From Deltaproteobacteria bacterium (GTDB lineage Bacteria > SAR324 > XYD2-FULL-50-16), in the NCBI GenBank assembly GCA_018657625.1, contig JABHWU010000113.1, forward strand, positions 10,101 to 42,100: DNA of 32,000 nucleotides. Reading direction: 5' to 3'. Shown here in pieces: positions 9,277-17,747 of the stretch. Made by a program: the position numbers and the translations under genes. The notes beneath the pieces were generated by a model. The model saw nothing but the letters and a program-made list of their open reading frames with translations. It searched no databases and had not been told where the DNA came from. The first letter of the stretch is position 1. Each line of letters starts with the position of its first letter.

Positions 9277-9410
9277 CAAAACCGTTTGGTTTAAAACTTT
9301 TAAAAGATAAATATTTGGTTGAATTGAGATATTAAATATACAAGATATATGCAATTCCCCTTTCAACCAGATATTTTTAAAAGTTCTATAGAGTCGGTTA
9401 ACCAAACGTA

Positions 9411-10100
9411 TTAGCTTTTAATCATGGCTGAAGATAAGTATACCGGTTCTTCTGGCATATCTGCACCTGTTAAATCGTATATCGTTTCACCCGGTAATCC
9501 TGCTTTCTCCACTAACTTGGCAAATTTCGGTTGGCACTCCCGTACTGCTTTTTGAAGAACCGTCACCCGTTTATTAACTTTCATGAAGATAGTTGTCGGA
9601 TGCTGCTTAATTAGTTCTACTGTTCTATCGACATCCGAAGGCATCTCATAGACTCCAAAATTTTCACCTTTTACTGTTATCGGTACACCTAAAAGATTGG
9701 ACAAAGTATTAATGGTATTAATTCCAGGAATATGCTTGGTTTTAATATTCAATTTTTCCAGCTCAGCACATAAATAGTTAGAGGTACTAAAAATTGTCGG
9801 ATCTCCCATGGTCACAAATGCGACTTTTTTCCCTTCATCACAGTACTGTTTCACTTGAACGGCTAGTCCTTGATAGGTGCTATCCAACTCTTCCTGGTCG
9901 TTGTTCATGGGGAAATAGTACATGTTCAGCTTTTCTTCCCCGACATAATTTAGGACAATATCTCGGGCAACGCTTTTTCCCAATTTACTGGATTGTGGGA
10001 CAATGATCATGTCTGAGGACTCTAGGATCTTGACAGCTTTAACCGTCACCATTTCAGGATCACCTAAACCAAGTCCGATTGAATAAATAAAGTTTTCCAT
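9411..10100 (-). CDS. cbiL: Tetrapyrrole (class III SAM) methyltransferase, most like precorrin-2/cobalt-factor II C20-methyltransferase (CbiL/CobI)
   Basis: 229 aa with the N-terminal IYSIGLGLGDPEMVTVKAVKILESSDMIIVPQ block (GxGxGDPE...T.KA) and VAFVTMGDPTIFST. The size and the B12-operon context favour CbiL/CobI. I cannot tell which corrin methylase it is by eye. Confidence 0.65.
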   Translation of the reverse strand: MENFIYSIGLGLGDPEMVTVKAVKILESSDMIIVPQSSKLGKSVARDIVLNYVGEEKLNMYYFPMNNDQEELDSTYQGLAVQVKQYCDEGKKVAFVTMGDPTIFSTSNYLCAELEKLNIKTKHIPGINTINTLSNLLGVPITVKGENFGVYEMPSDVDRTVELIKQHPTTIFMKVNKRVTVLQKAVRECQPKFAKLVEKAGLPGETIYDLTGADMPEEPVYLSSAMIKS

Positions 10101-10113
10101 GTTTCTTCCTTTG

Positions 10114-10917
10114 CTAGAGTTGTTCTTTAAAAATCTGGTTCAATTTGACAATCGCGTCAATTACATTTAACCCAGGTCTGCTGAAAAGGTATTGATCTAC
10201 CAGAATGATTTTGCTTCTAAGTGGTTTAAAATAACTCCTTTCTATAGGTGGACGGGGATTTTTATTCATAGGCCCGTCCTGATATATATAAAAATCCGGA
10301 TTGATATCCACCACTATCTCAGTTGAAATAACGACATGTTTCTTGTTAGTGTCAATCATATTCAAACCACCGGCATACTCAATAATAGCTGTCATTATTG
10401 ATGGTTTTCCTGCGACCCTTAGCGGACGTTCACTGATTTCGTAAACGACCTTTGGTTGATCAGGTAACGGTTGAACTTGTTTGAGTTTGTTTTTCAATTG
10501 AGTAATGATCTGCTCTGATTTTGGCTGAACTTGTAACAAGTCGCCTAATTGGCGAATTTGTTTAAATATATCTTCAATGCTTGTTGGATCATATCTGAAA
10601 AAATCGGCGGAGAATCGTGACTCCATTTTTTCTGGATAAGCCCGTTTAGAACCAGCAATGATTAAATCCGGACGAATGGCTTTAATTAATTCCAGATTTG
10701 GGCGCAAATGAGATCCAACCTTGTAAACCTTTTTAAAAACGAGATCGGTTCTGGTAACACCCACGACCACTTTTTCTCCAACCAATTGTTTCACAATTTC
10801 ACTGACAGGGGCATATAATATAACAATCCTTTCATAGGCTTGTCCGATGCTGGAAAAAGAGCATAGGGTTCCAATCAGTAGGATACTTTTAATGATTATA
10901 TTTTTATAAATGCGCAT
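10114..10917 (-). CDS. btuF: ABC importer periplasmic binding protein (BtuF/FecB, Peripla_BP_2 family)
   Basis: 267 aa with a signal peptide. It has the blocks RIVILYAPVSEIV and IKAIRPDLIIAG. Its start overlaps the ATPase gene by 14 nt. It belongs to a cobalamin-riboswitch operon. Confidence 0.75.
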   Translation of the reverse strand: MRIYKNIIIKSILLIGTLCSFSSIGQAYERIVILYAPVSEIVKQLVGEKVVVGVTRTDLVFKKVYKVGSHLRPNLELIKAIRPDLIIAGSKRAYPEKMESRFSADFFRYDPTSIEDIFKQIRQLGDLLQVQPKSEQIITQLKNKLKQVQPLPDQPKVVYEISERPLRVAGKPSIMTAIIEYAGGLNMIDTNKKHVVISTEIVVDINPDFYIYQDGPMNKNPRPPIERSYFKPLRSKIILVDQYLFSRPGLNVIDAIVKLNQIFKEQL

Positions 10918-11659
10918 TTTCTACCTGCACTAATCGTTTGTTTTTTATATTTTCAAAGGAGATATTGACCTGAAAAATGTCAGATATTTTTTCCGCGTCC
11001 AGCTCAGATTGTTCCGTATCATAGACCAGTTTACCTTTATTAAAAAATATAAAGCGATCAAAGGTCTGAAAAGCAATATGGATATCGTGGATAACAACCA
11101 TGATAATTCTGTTTTTGAGCCCTGCTTTTAGAATTTCTAAGACTTCATATTGGTGCTTAATATCAACACTGGCCAGAGGCTCATCTAACAAAATAATTGA
11201 ACTGTCCCGATTGATCATTCTGGCAAGTAGCACCCTTTGTTTTTCACCACCTGACAGTTCGTTAAACTGTCGATGTCTTAAGGCACCTAAATCAAACTCA
11301 TCCATAATCTGATCCGTTAAATCCTGATCCTGTTTTGAATAAGTATTACCTGACACATAGGGAAATCGTCCGGTAAGTACCACATAGTTGACATCAAAAG
11401 GCATATTTAACGAGACATGTTGTGGTAACAGACTGATTTGTTGGGACTGTTCCTGCTTAGTTAATTCCACAAACGGAGTCTCATCCAACAGATACTCTCC
11501 AGTAAAGGGTTTAAGTCCGGAAAGTGCCGACAAAAAAGTAGATTTTCCGCTACCGTTGTTTCCCATGACTGCTACTAACTGGTTTGGTTGAATCGTTAAA
11601 CGATCAATTTCCAGTAAAAACTCTCCCTGCTCGAGCGATAAGCTTTTTATATTAATCAA
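10904..11659 (-). CDS. btuD: ABC importer ATP-binding protein (BtuD/FecE-like)
   Basis: 251 aa with Walker A GNNGSGKST, signature LSGGEKQR, Walker B IILLDEP and a switch His in VIHD. Confidence 0.85.
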   Translation of the reverse strand: MINIKSLSLEQGEFLLEIDRLTIQPNQLVAVMGNNGSGKSTFLSALSGLKPFTGEYLLDETPFVELTKQEQSQQISLLPQHVSLNMPFDVNYVVLTGRFPYVSGNTYSKQDQDLTDQIMDEFDLGALRHRQFNELSGGEKQRVLLARMINRDSSIILLDEPLASVDIKHQYEVLEILKAGLKNRIIMVVIHDIHIAFQTFDRFIFFNKGKLVYDTEQSELDAEKISDIFQVNISFENIKNKRLVQVENAHL

Positions 11660-12617
11660 AATAGTATAACTCCTTTTTCCGTTTCATTAATAAATATAAA
11701 AAGAAAGCCCCACCAATGGCAGAGGTAAGAATTCCTACTGAAAGCTCCTGCCCATCGGTTAATATCACCCGGGCCAGTAGATCATTCAATATCATAAATA
11801 TGGCACCAAATAACATGCTGATAGGTACCAGTTCAGATGCTATCACAAATTTAAATAGTCGTACCATATGGGGAATAATCAAACCTACAAATCCGATAAT
11901 CCCAGCATACCCTACGCAAATAGCAGTTAACAGAGCTGCTATAAAAAATATTTTTTTCCGTAAAGGATGGACATCGACACCGGAAGCCATGGCTGTTGAA
12001 TCATCAAAACAAATAATATCAAGACTCAAATAGTTTTTGCGGATCGCCAGCCAGGCGATAATCAAAACAGTAGTCAAAACACCAACCTGCTGCATGGATG
12101 CATCCTGAAAACCACCCATTAACCAGAAAATAATGGAAGCCACTGAATCATCCGCTATATATTTCATCAGACTAATAACAGAAGAAGCAAAAGTGCTGAC
12201 CACGATTCCGGCTAATAACATGGTGATCGGCTGTACCTTACCATTTACCGAAGATACCTTATAAACAATGGTTAAACCGATAACACCACCAATGAGAGCG
12301 AAAACAGGAATCAAAAAACCTAACCCAAATAAAATAGCCAATACGGCTCCCATAGCCGAAGAAGCTGAAGCGCCAGTGGTAAAAGAATCCGCCAGGGGAT
12401 TTTTCATTACATATTGGAATAGCACACCACTCAGTGACAAGGAAGCGCCAACTAAACCCGCCAGTAGTACCCTAGGAAGTCGTGAATAAGTAAGAATATC
12501 CAAATCGGTATCTGAAAGCTGAGTAAAATCCATGTTAACAGCACCCCAAAATACAGCTAAAATAAAGACCGCTATAAAAACAATCAACAGTACAAATATC
12601 GTTATATTTTTTGTCAT
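11652..12617 (-). CDS. btuC: ABC importer permease, FecCD/BtuC family
   Basis: Polytopic membrane protein with FecCD-type blocks (LPRVLLAGLVGASLSLSGVLFQ, TGASASSAMGAVL, IIGFVGLIIPH). The track start is 12647. I prefer the ATG at 12617 (MTKNITIF), which is preceded by GAGG and lies just after the upstream stop. Confidence 0.85.
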   Translation of the reverse strand: MTKNITIFVLLIVFIAVFILAVFWGAVNMDFTQLSDTDLDILTYSRLPRVLLAGLVGASLSLSGVLFQYVMKNPLADSFTTGASASSAMGAVLAILFGLGFLIPVFALIGGVIGLTIVYKVSSVNGKVQPITMLLAGIVVSTFASSVISLMKYIADDSVASIIFWLMGGFQDASMQQVGVLTTVLIIAWLAIRKNYLSLDIICFDDSTAMASGVDVHPLRKKIFFIAALLTAICVGYAGIIGFVGLIIPHMVRLFKFVIASELVPISMLFGAIFMILNDLLARVILTDGQELSVGILTSAIGGAFFLYLLMKRKKELYYFD

Positions 12618-12621
12618 GGTA

Positions 12622-13359
12622 TTATGCCTCAACCTTTTTAACCGCATAAAGTGCTGTTAAGAAAAACGTACACATAAAAATCAGCATGATACCGATATAA
12701 GCAAAGTTAATTTCACCACCGGTTAAAGATGCCCGGATCACCTGTGTCGAATAAGTTAAGGGCAGGCAATGCACAATAACTTTAAAAAAGGCTGGTAATT
12801 TGTCCACTGGAAAAAACGTACCACATAAAAAAATCATGGGAGTGATGACAAATGTATTTACTTGTGCCTGACTACCATGGTCCTTAATCAACATAGAGAC
12901 TGTCATGGCCAACAATGAAAACAGAAAAGAGTGCATCAATATGACTAAAAAAAACAGGCCGCTAATCCGAAGATCAACTCCGAATAAAAAGGCGTACCCA
13001 AAAATCAAAAAGACACTGATTGATGCCTTGAACAACCCGTAAAGAACTTCTCCAAAAACAATTTCTATGTGAGATATTGGCGCAATTAAAAATTCATCAA
13101 AAACATGGAAATAAAACCGGGAGATATTTATTTCCTGCGCGATACTATAACTTTGATTTAAACTGCTCATCGTAATTAAGCCAGGTATCAAAAAAAGAAT
13201 ATAAGGTAACCCGTTGACAGCAACCCGGTCCCCAAATCCCCAACCAAAAGCAATTAAAAAGAGTAGCGGTGATAACGAAGAAGCCAGAATCTGTTTTTTG
13301 GCTTTTTTTCGAAATACATTAATTTCACGGTATAAAACCGCCTGAACACCATTAAGCAT
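12622..13359 (-). CDS. ABC-2 type transporter permease
   Basis: 245 aa with about six TM segments. It has the typical ABC-2 N-terminus (YREINVFRKK...) and overlaps the preceding ATPase gene by 8 nt. Confidence 0.8.
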   Translation of the reverse strand: MLNGVQAVLYREINVFRKKAKKQILASSLSPLLFLIAFGWGFGDRVAVNGLPYILFLIPGLITMSSLNQSYSIAQEINISRFYFHVFDEFLIAPISHIEIVFGEVLYGLFKASISVFLIFGYAFLFGVDLRISGLFFLVILMHSFLFSLLAMTVSMLIKDHGSQAQVNTFVITPMIFLCGTFFPVDKLPAFFKVIVHCLPLTYSTQVIRASLTGGEINFAYIGIMLIFMCTFFLTALYAVKKVEA

Positions 13360-14209
13360 TTACCCTCCTGCCAGTAAGCTGGATAATGACATCTTCCAAA
13401 GCAATATTCCTGATTTTGCTTTCTGATTGACAGTTACCTTGTTCAATTAGCGCTGCCTCCTGGGAGTCAAAATATGTTTCTGTGATACCATCTTCATTGT
13501 AGATTTCCAAAACAAATCGTCCAAGACCATGTTTCAGTTTTTCAGGTGTATTATCCATAATAATATCACCATGATCAATAACCATGACACGACTGCAGAG
13601 CTTTTCCGCCTCTTCAATATAATGGGTGGTCAGTAAGATGGCTGTCTTTTTGACCTGATTGATTTTTAAAATCAAATTCCAGAGATTTCTCCTTATTTGT
13701 GGATCCAATCCAACAGTAGGTTCGTCCAGAAAAATGATTTTAGGATCATGAATCAGGGCTCGTACAATAACCAGCCTTCGTTTCATTCCTCCGGAAAATG
13801 TTTTTACCTGTTTGTTTCGATATTCCGAAAGTTCCGCAAATTCTAAAGCAGTGGCTATTTTGGCTTCTCGCTCTTTGACTGGAATATTGTGTAACAAGGT
13901 ATGCAAATACAAATTTTCATACGCCGTTAAATCCCGGTCCAGGTTACTGTTTTGAGGAACAACACCGATCAGTTTTTTGGATTCTTTTAAATGGGATTCA
14001 AAATTTTTGTCATAGTATAGAATGCTGCCACTGGTGGGTTTGATCAAACCTGCAACCGATTTGATGATGGTTGTTTTTCCAGCCCCATTGGCCCCTAGTA
14101 ATCCAATAAACTCACCTTCCTGGATCGTAAAATCAACCGCATTTACGGCTGGCTTTTTACCAAAAGTCTTCACTAGTTTTGATACAGATAATATAGGATG
14201 ATTACTCAT
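13352..14209 (-). CDS. ABC-2 system ATP-binding protein (DrrA/CcmA-like)
   Basis: 285 aa with Walker A GANGAGKTT, signature FSGGMKRR, Walker B IIFLDEPTVGLD and H-loop TTHY. Confidence 0.9.
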   Translation of the reverse strand: MSNHPILSVSKLVKTFGKKPAVNAVDFTIQEGEFIGLLGANGAGKTTIIKSVAGLIKPTSGSILYYDKNFESHLKESKKLIGVVPQNSNLDRDLTAYENLYLHTLLHNIPVKEREAKIATALEFAELSEYRNKQVKTFSGGMKRRLVIVRALIHDPKIIFLDEPTVGLDPQIRRNLWNLILKINQVKKTAILLTTHYIEEAEKLCSRVMVIDHGDIIMDNTPEKLKHGLGRFVLEIYNEDGITETYFDSQEAALIEQGNCQSESKIRNIALEDVIIQLTGRRVNA

Positions 14210-14233
14210 TATTATAATATTGTATGTCTAAAA

Positions 14234-15163
14234 TTATTGTTCAAATTTTTTCAGGGCTTTTAACAGGCTTTCAATAAAGATATGGGTGATCTCATTATTA
14301 AATCCAAGTCCTTTGTACATTTTTTTGCCATTATAATCGGCATAGATGGTTTCGGTTTTAAGGCCTTTTTTATGTAGTTGCATTGCCCAGGATAATTCTT
14401 CTTCATCTGTGGCAGTTGACATGACATCATTCATGATATGATCACCCGCAATAAATAAATATGGAATAAAACGAACGCTTTTGGGCGAACATTTTGCGGC
14501 TTGGCTCAAAGCCTGGTCAGCTGTTAATAAACCATCCATTGCACCGACAAAGGTATTGGGGTACTTCGCTCGAACATATCGTTCCAGACCAATATATGAT
14601 CCGGTGGCACCTACAAATGTTAGAGGGGAACCATGAATAGCTATGACATTACAACCTTCAATAGATGATAAAAAATCCTTGGATAAAATATCCAGACTCT
14701 CAAACATATCTTCCCAATCGTGTGTTAAGGTATGTCCCATATGAATGGTTAATCCTAAAGTTTCAAATGCTTTAACCGTATTAACGACTTCTGCATACTC
14801 CTGGCCCGCAAAAATATGGATGGGTTGCACCACAACTTTCCGGTAACCTTCGGCTTCCAGATCTGCCAATACCTGTGGCAGGCTCCTATAATGTTTGTTA
14901 ATACCGTTTTTTTTGAATCGTTTATTGGCCCTTTCCCGTATAATTTCAGAAGTAAACGCCCAGTCGATTTTAAGTCCTGTTAGTTCGGTTTTGGCTTCTT
15001 CCCGTAGTTGTGCTTCAAAAAAATCAAATGTTACCCTTGCTTCCGTAGTGGTACCAAAAGCTGTAATCACAATAGCGGGGTCTGTTTTGATGGTCCGACT
15101 CATTGAAAAGACTGTGGAGTATAACAGTATAGACAGCAGTAACAACAAGATTATTTTCTTCAT
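14234..15163 (-). CDS. cbiK: Sirohydrochlorin cobaltochelatase CbiK-family protein with a signal peptide (periplasmic CbiK type)
   Basis: 309 aa with a strong RBS (AAGGAGaaagtATG) and the signal peptide MKKIILLLLLSILLYSTVFS. It has CbiK-like blocks: VITAFGTT, VVVQPIHIFAGQEYAE, VIAIHGSP and PYLFIAGDH. It is the first gene after the cobalamin riboswitch. Confidence 0.8.
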   Translation of the reverse strand: MKKIILLLLLSILLYSTVFSMSRTIKTDPAIVITAFGTTTEARVTFDFFEAQLREEAKTELTGLKIDWAFTSEIIRERANKRFKKNGINKHYRSLPQVLADLEAEGYRKVVVQPIHIFAGQEYAEVVNTVKAFETLGLTIHMGHTLTHDWEDMFESLDILSKDFLSSIEGCNVIAIHGSPLTFVGATGSYIGLERYVRAKYPNTFVGAMDGLLTADQALSQAAKCSPKSVRFIPYLFIAGDHIMNDVMSTATDEEELSWAMQLHKKGLKTETIYADYNGKKMYKGLGFNNEITHIFIESLLKALKKFEQ

Positions 15164-15389
15164 ACTTTCTCCTTAATATAATAATATTAATTTTAATTCT
15201 TGGCGTTTAAAATCTATTTGCCAATCTAATGACAATAACATGGTAATTAAACAGTATATCCATGATATTGTTTTTGAATTCATTAAAACATAGATTTAAA
15301 ACTCGAGAGAAAATCGGTAGGTGTCGATATTTTGAAGAAAAATAGGAATAACAGACTAATCAAAATGCTCTTACACCCCCCTCGAGGAT

Positions 15390-15535
15390 TACGAAATGAA
15401 CCTGTGTTCCGACTTAGGGCTCCCTAATTACTCACCTTCCCAGGTTGGCTTTTTCAACCCAGTGGTCATCTTGAGTTTTCGTTCCCTTCACGGCTGCGGG
15501 GCAGCGGAGGCATCTCACCTCTCTTCCAATAATTC
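15390..15535 (-). promoter_or_regulatory. Cobalamin (B12) riboswitch aptamer
   Basis: This is a GC-rich island. Read on the minus strand it gives GGTGAGATGCCTCCGCTGCCCCGCAGCCGTGAAGGGAAC ... GACCACTGGG ... CCTGGGAAGGTGAG ... GAGCCCTAAGTCGGAACACAGGTTC. These match the conserved core blocks and the B12-box-like segment of cobalamin riboswitches. It lies about 230 nt upstream of cbiK in sense orientation. Confidence 0.8.
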
Positions 15536-15774
15536 AATCCGGTGCTAGACTTAATTGGAACAAATACAGAAAAACATAGCTCATTTTGAATGTCAACTAT
15601 CAATAAATCAATCATCTGTTGGTTGACCCAAATCATTTGATTTAACTACTCTGGAACCTGTTTGATAATATGGGAATATTTATCAAAAAAAGAATAAGAG
15701 ATTTTGAGAAAGGCTTGAAGCACTCAGTTCAGACCTAAAGCTAATAATCACTTCAATAAACCAACTCAATAAAT

Positions 15775-16512
15775 ATGAGAGTTATAATGAACACAGAATT
15801 GATATATCTAAAGGACAATAATTTAAAACAAGTTACGGCTAAACTAATCAAAATGGAAACCACGGAACAAGGGCAGTACTGTATTTTTGATCAAAGCGTT
15901 TTTTATCCAAAAGGTGGTGGTCAGGCTTGTGATGTTGGTACTATTTCAAATGATTCTAAAGTTGTATTCGATATTAGCTATACAGGTTTCCACGAGGGGC
16001 AGGTGCTGCATTATGGAGATTTTAAAGATTTTCAATTTGCTGAAGGTAGCAGCTGGGAACTTAAAATAGACCCGGCAGTTCGCTTAACCAATTCAAAAGG
16101 ACATACAGCCGGGCATCTGGTTCATCTGGTTATGGAAGAACTGGTGCCGGAATTAACAGCCACCAAAGGACATCATTTTCCGAAGGATGCTTATATTCGA
16201 TTCGATGGATTAACCAATGTCGATCGCGATGAATTGATCCTAAAAGCAAATGAAAATATAAAAAAGTATATTGACGAGGGGTTTCCAGTAAAATCCGAAA
16301 TATTATCTCTGGATCAATTAAAAAAACTGGTCAAAAATATTCCCTTTAATCTTCCGGAAGATAAACCATTGCGAACAATTGCCATTGGGGAATATTTTCC
16401 TGTTCCGTGTGGGGGGACGCATTTAAACGACCTTTCTGAATTAAAATCCGCGACAATTACAAAAATCAAACATAAGAAAGGAAATACGGTTGTGGGGTAT
16501 GCTTTTGATTAA
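15775..16512 (+). CDS. alaX: AlaX-type alanyl-tRNA editing protein (Thr/Ala-tRNA synthetase second additional domain)
   Basis: 245 aa with FDQSVFYPKGGGQACDVG, the zinc motifs HTAGHLVH (HxxxH) and CGGTH (CxxxH), and an ID...R block. The true start may be the ATG at 15787. Confidence 0.85.
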   Translation: MRVIMNTELIYLKDNNLKQVTAKLIKMETTEQGQYCIFDQSVFYPKGGGQACDVGTISNDSKVVFDISYTGFHEGQVLHYGDFKDFQFAEGSSWELKIDPAVRLTNSKGHTAGHLVHLVMEELVPELTATKGHHFPKDAYIRFDGLTNVDRDELILKANENIKKYIDEGFPVKSEILSLDQLKKLVKNIPFNLPEDKPLRTIAIGEYFPVPCGGTHLNDLSELKSATITKIKHKKGNTVVGYAFD

Positions 16513-16616
16513 TCAATAAAAAGCGAAGATTCATAATTTGATAGAGACGGCTTAAAATGAAAAAGTTATTATCATAAATAAACAAATTTTTTTTTAATTT
16601 ACTCTAATTTAAAAAT

Positions 16617-17747
16617 ATGTCTGATATACCAACTACTTTTATTCCCTTAAGTGATTTAACAGGAAGTAAGGACGAAGTAAGACCGGATTGGGTCATTGGT
16701 TCAGTCAGTTCTGGCATTGGTCCAATCCCGCAGATATCATGTGACTGGAATCAATCCGATAAAGTCGGTCAAATAAAAGCGCGAATCAATAACACTTTTC
16801 GGATGAAATATGCCATTCAAGCTGGATTATATGCCGTAGGAAATCCTGATGGGGATTCACCTGTTTTGCTTTCAGCCAACTATAAATTAAGCTTCGACAT
16901 TCTAAGGCGTGAATTAAAGACGCTAAATGTATGGATCATCGTTTTAGATACCAAAGGAATTAACGTCTGGTGTGCCGCTGGTAAAGGGACTTTCGGAACT
17001 GACGAAATCATCAGACAAATCAGTCATCTAAAACTTGAGCGAGTGGTAAAACATCGTAAAGTGATTTCACCGCAATTGGGAGCCCCTGGAATAAAAGCGC
17101 ATGTTGTCAAAAAAATGACGGGGTTTAACATTAAATATGGTCCTGTCTTGGCCAAAGATATTCAAAAATATCTTCAAGACGGTTTAAAGGCGACCAAGGA
17201 AATGCGTCGGATCTCATTTAAAATTATTGATCGAATGATTTTAACACCAATGGAAATTTCCCTGGTGCTTAAACAATCATGGAAATACGGTTTAGGTATA
17301 TTAATATTTTTTGGTATTATGCCGACCGGGATTCTTTTTAAAAATGCTTTTGTGGATGGGTTACCGTTTATTCTTTTACTTTTTGTAGCGATTTTAACGG
17401 GAGCTTTTATCACCCCTGCCCTGCTGCCCTGGATCCCTTTTCGGGCTTTTTTTAGGAAGGGTTTTTTAATAGGATTGTTACCTGTGATTCTGCTTCATTA
17501 TCTTTCTTATAAATATGGTGGCCTTTTCAATGATCCATTTTTGTTGGCATCAGCTTATTTGTTGGTTCCGACACTAAGTTCTTATCTGGCTTTTAACTTT
17601 ACCGGTTGTACAACTTATACCAATCCGGCCGGTGTTAACAAAGAATTGAAGTCGGCATTTATTGTTTATGCGATTACTATTATAGTCAGTATTATACTAC
17701 TGGTTATTTACAAATTACTTATTTGGGGAGTGCTATGGAATACTTGA
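16617..17747 (+). CDS. hgcA: Mercury methylation corrinoid protein HgcA
   Basis: 376 aa. It carries the diagnostic cap-helix motif GINVWCAAGKGTFGT (NVWCAAGK at nt 16962-16985, Cys119). The N-terminal half resembles a corrinoid-binding domain. The C-terminal roughly 170 aa are hydrophobic with about five TM segments. An HgcB-type ferredoxin follows immediately. Confidence 0.9.
   Translation: MSDIPTTFIPLSDLTGSKDEVRPDWVIGSVSSGIGPIPQISCDWNQSDKVGQIKARINNTFRMKYAIQAGLYAVGNPDGDSPVLLSANYKLSFDILRRELKTLNVWIIVLDTKGINVWCAAGKGTFGTDEIIRQISHLKLERVVKHRKVISPQLGAPGIKAHVVKKMTGFNIKYGPVLAKDIQKYLQDGLKATKEMRRISFKIIDRMILTPMEISLVLKQSWKYGLGILIFFGIMPTGILFKNAFVDGLPFILLLFVAILTGAFITPALLPWIPFRAFFRKGFLIGLLPVILLHYLSYKYGGLFNDPFLLASAYLLVPTLSSYLAFNFTGCTTYTNPAGVNKELKSAFIVYAITIIVSIILLVIYKLLIWGVLWNT

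Noticed and set aside
9277-9405. N-terminal 43-codon extension of the small secreted protein ORF
   Set aside because: The extension is Asn/Ile-rich with no features. The internal Met starts a textbook signal peptide.
9283-9408. 9-bp inverted repeat CGTTTGGTT / AACCAAACG spanning the cbiL-small ORF spacer
   Set aside because: The arms are short and about 105 nt apart. This is plausible by chance in a low-complexity spacer, and I have no supporting conservation evidence.
9794-15176. Antisense ORFs in the B12 operon (9794-10006, 11100-11312, 11388-11591, 11716-12033, 12268-12489, 14895-15176)
   Set aside because: All lie opposite strongly supported, motif-bearing genes that are packed with overlapping stops and starts. 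Their translations look like reverse-frame artefacts.
17174-17413. 79-aa antisense ORF inside hgcA, and similar ones at 15887-16069, 30047-30235 and 30117-30380
   Set aside because: They are nested in motif-supported genes and are shadow frames.
17723-17734. TTG start for hgcB given by the ORF track
   Set aside because: The ATG at 17735 follows a GGGGAG Shine-Dalgarno-like motif. It also yields an N-terminus (MEYLKNVVTL) of the kind seen in HgcB proteins.
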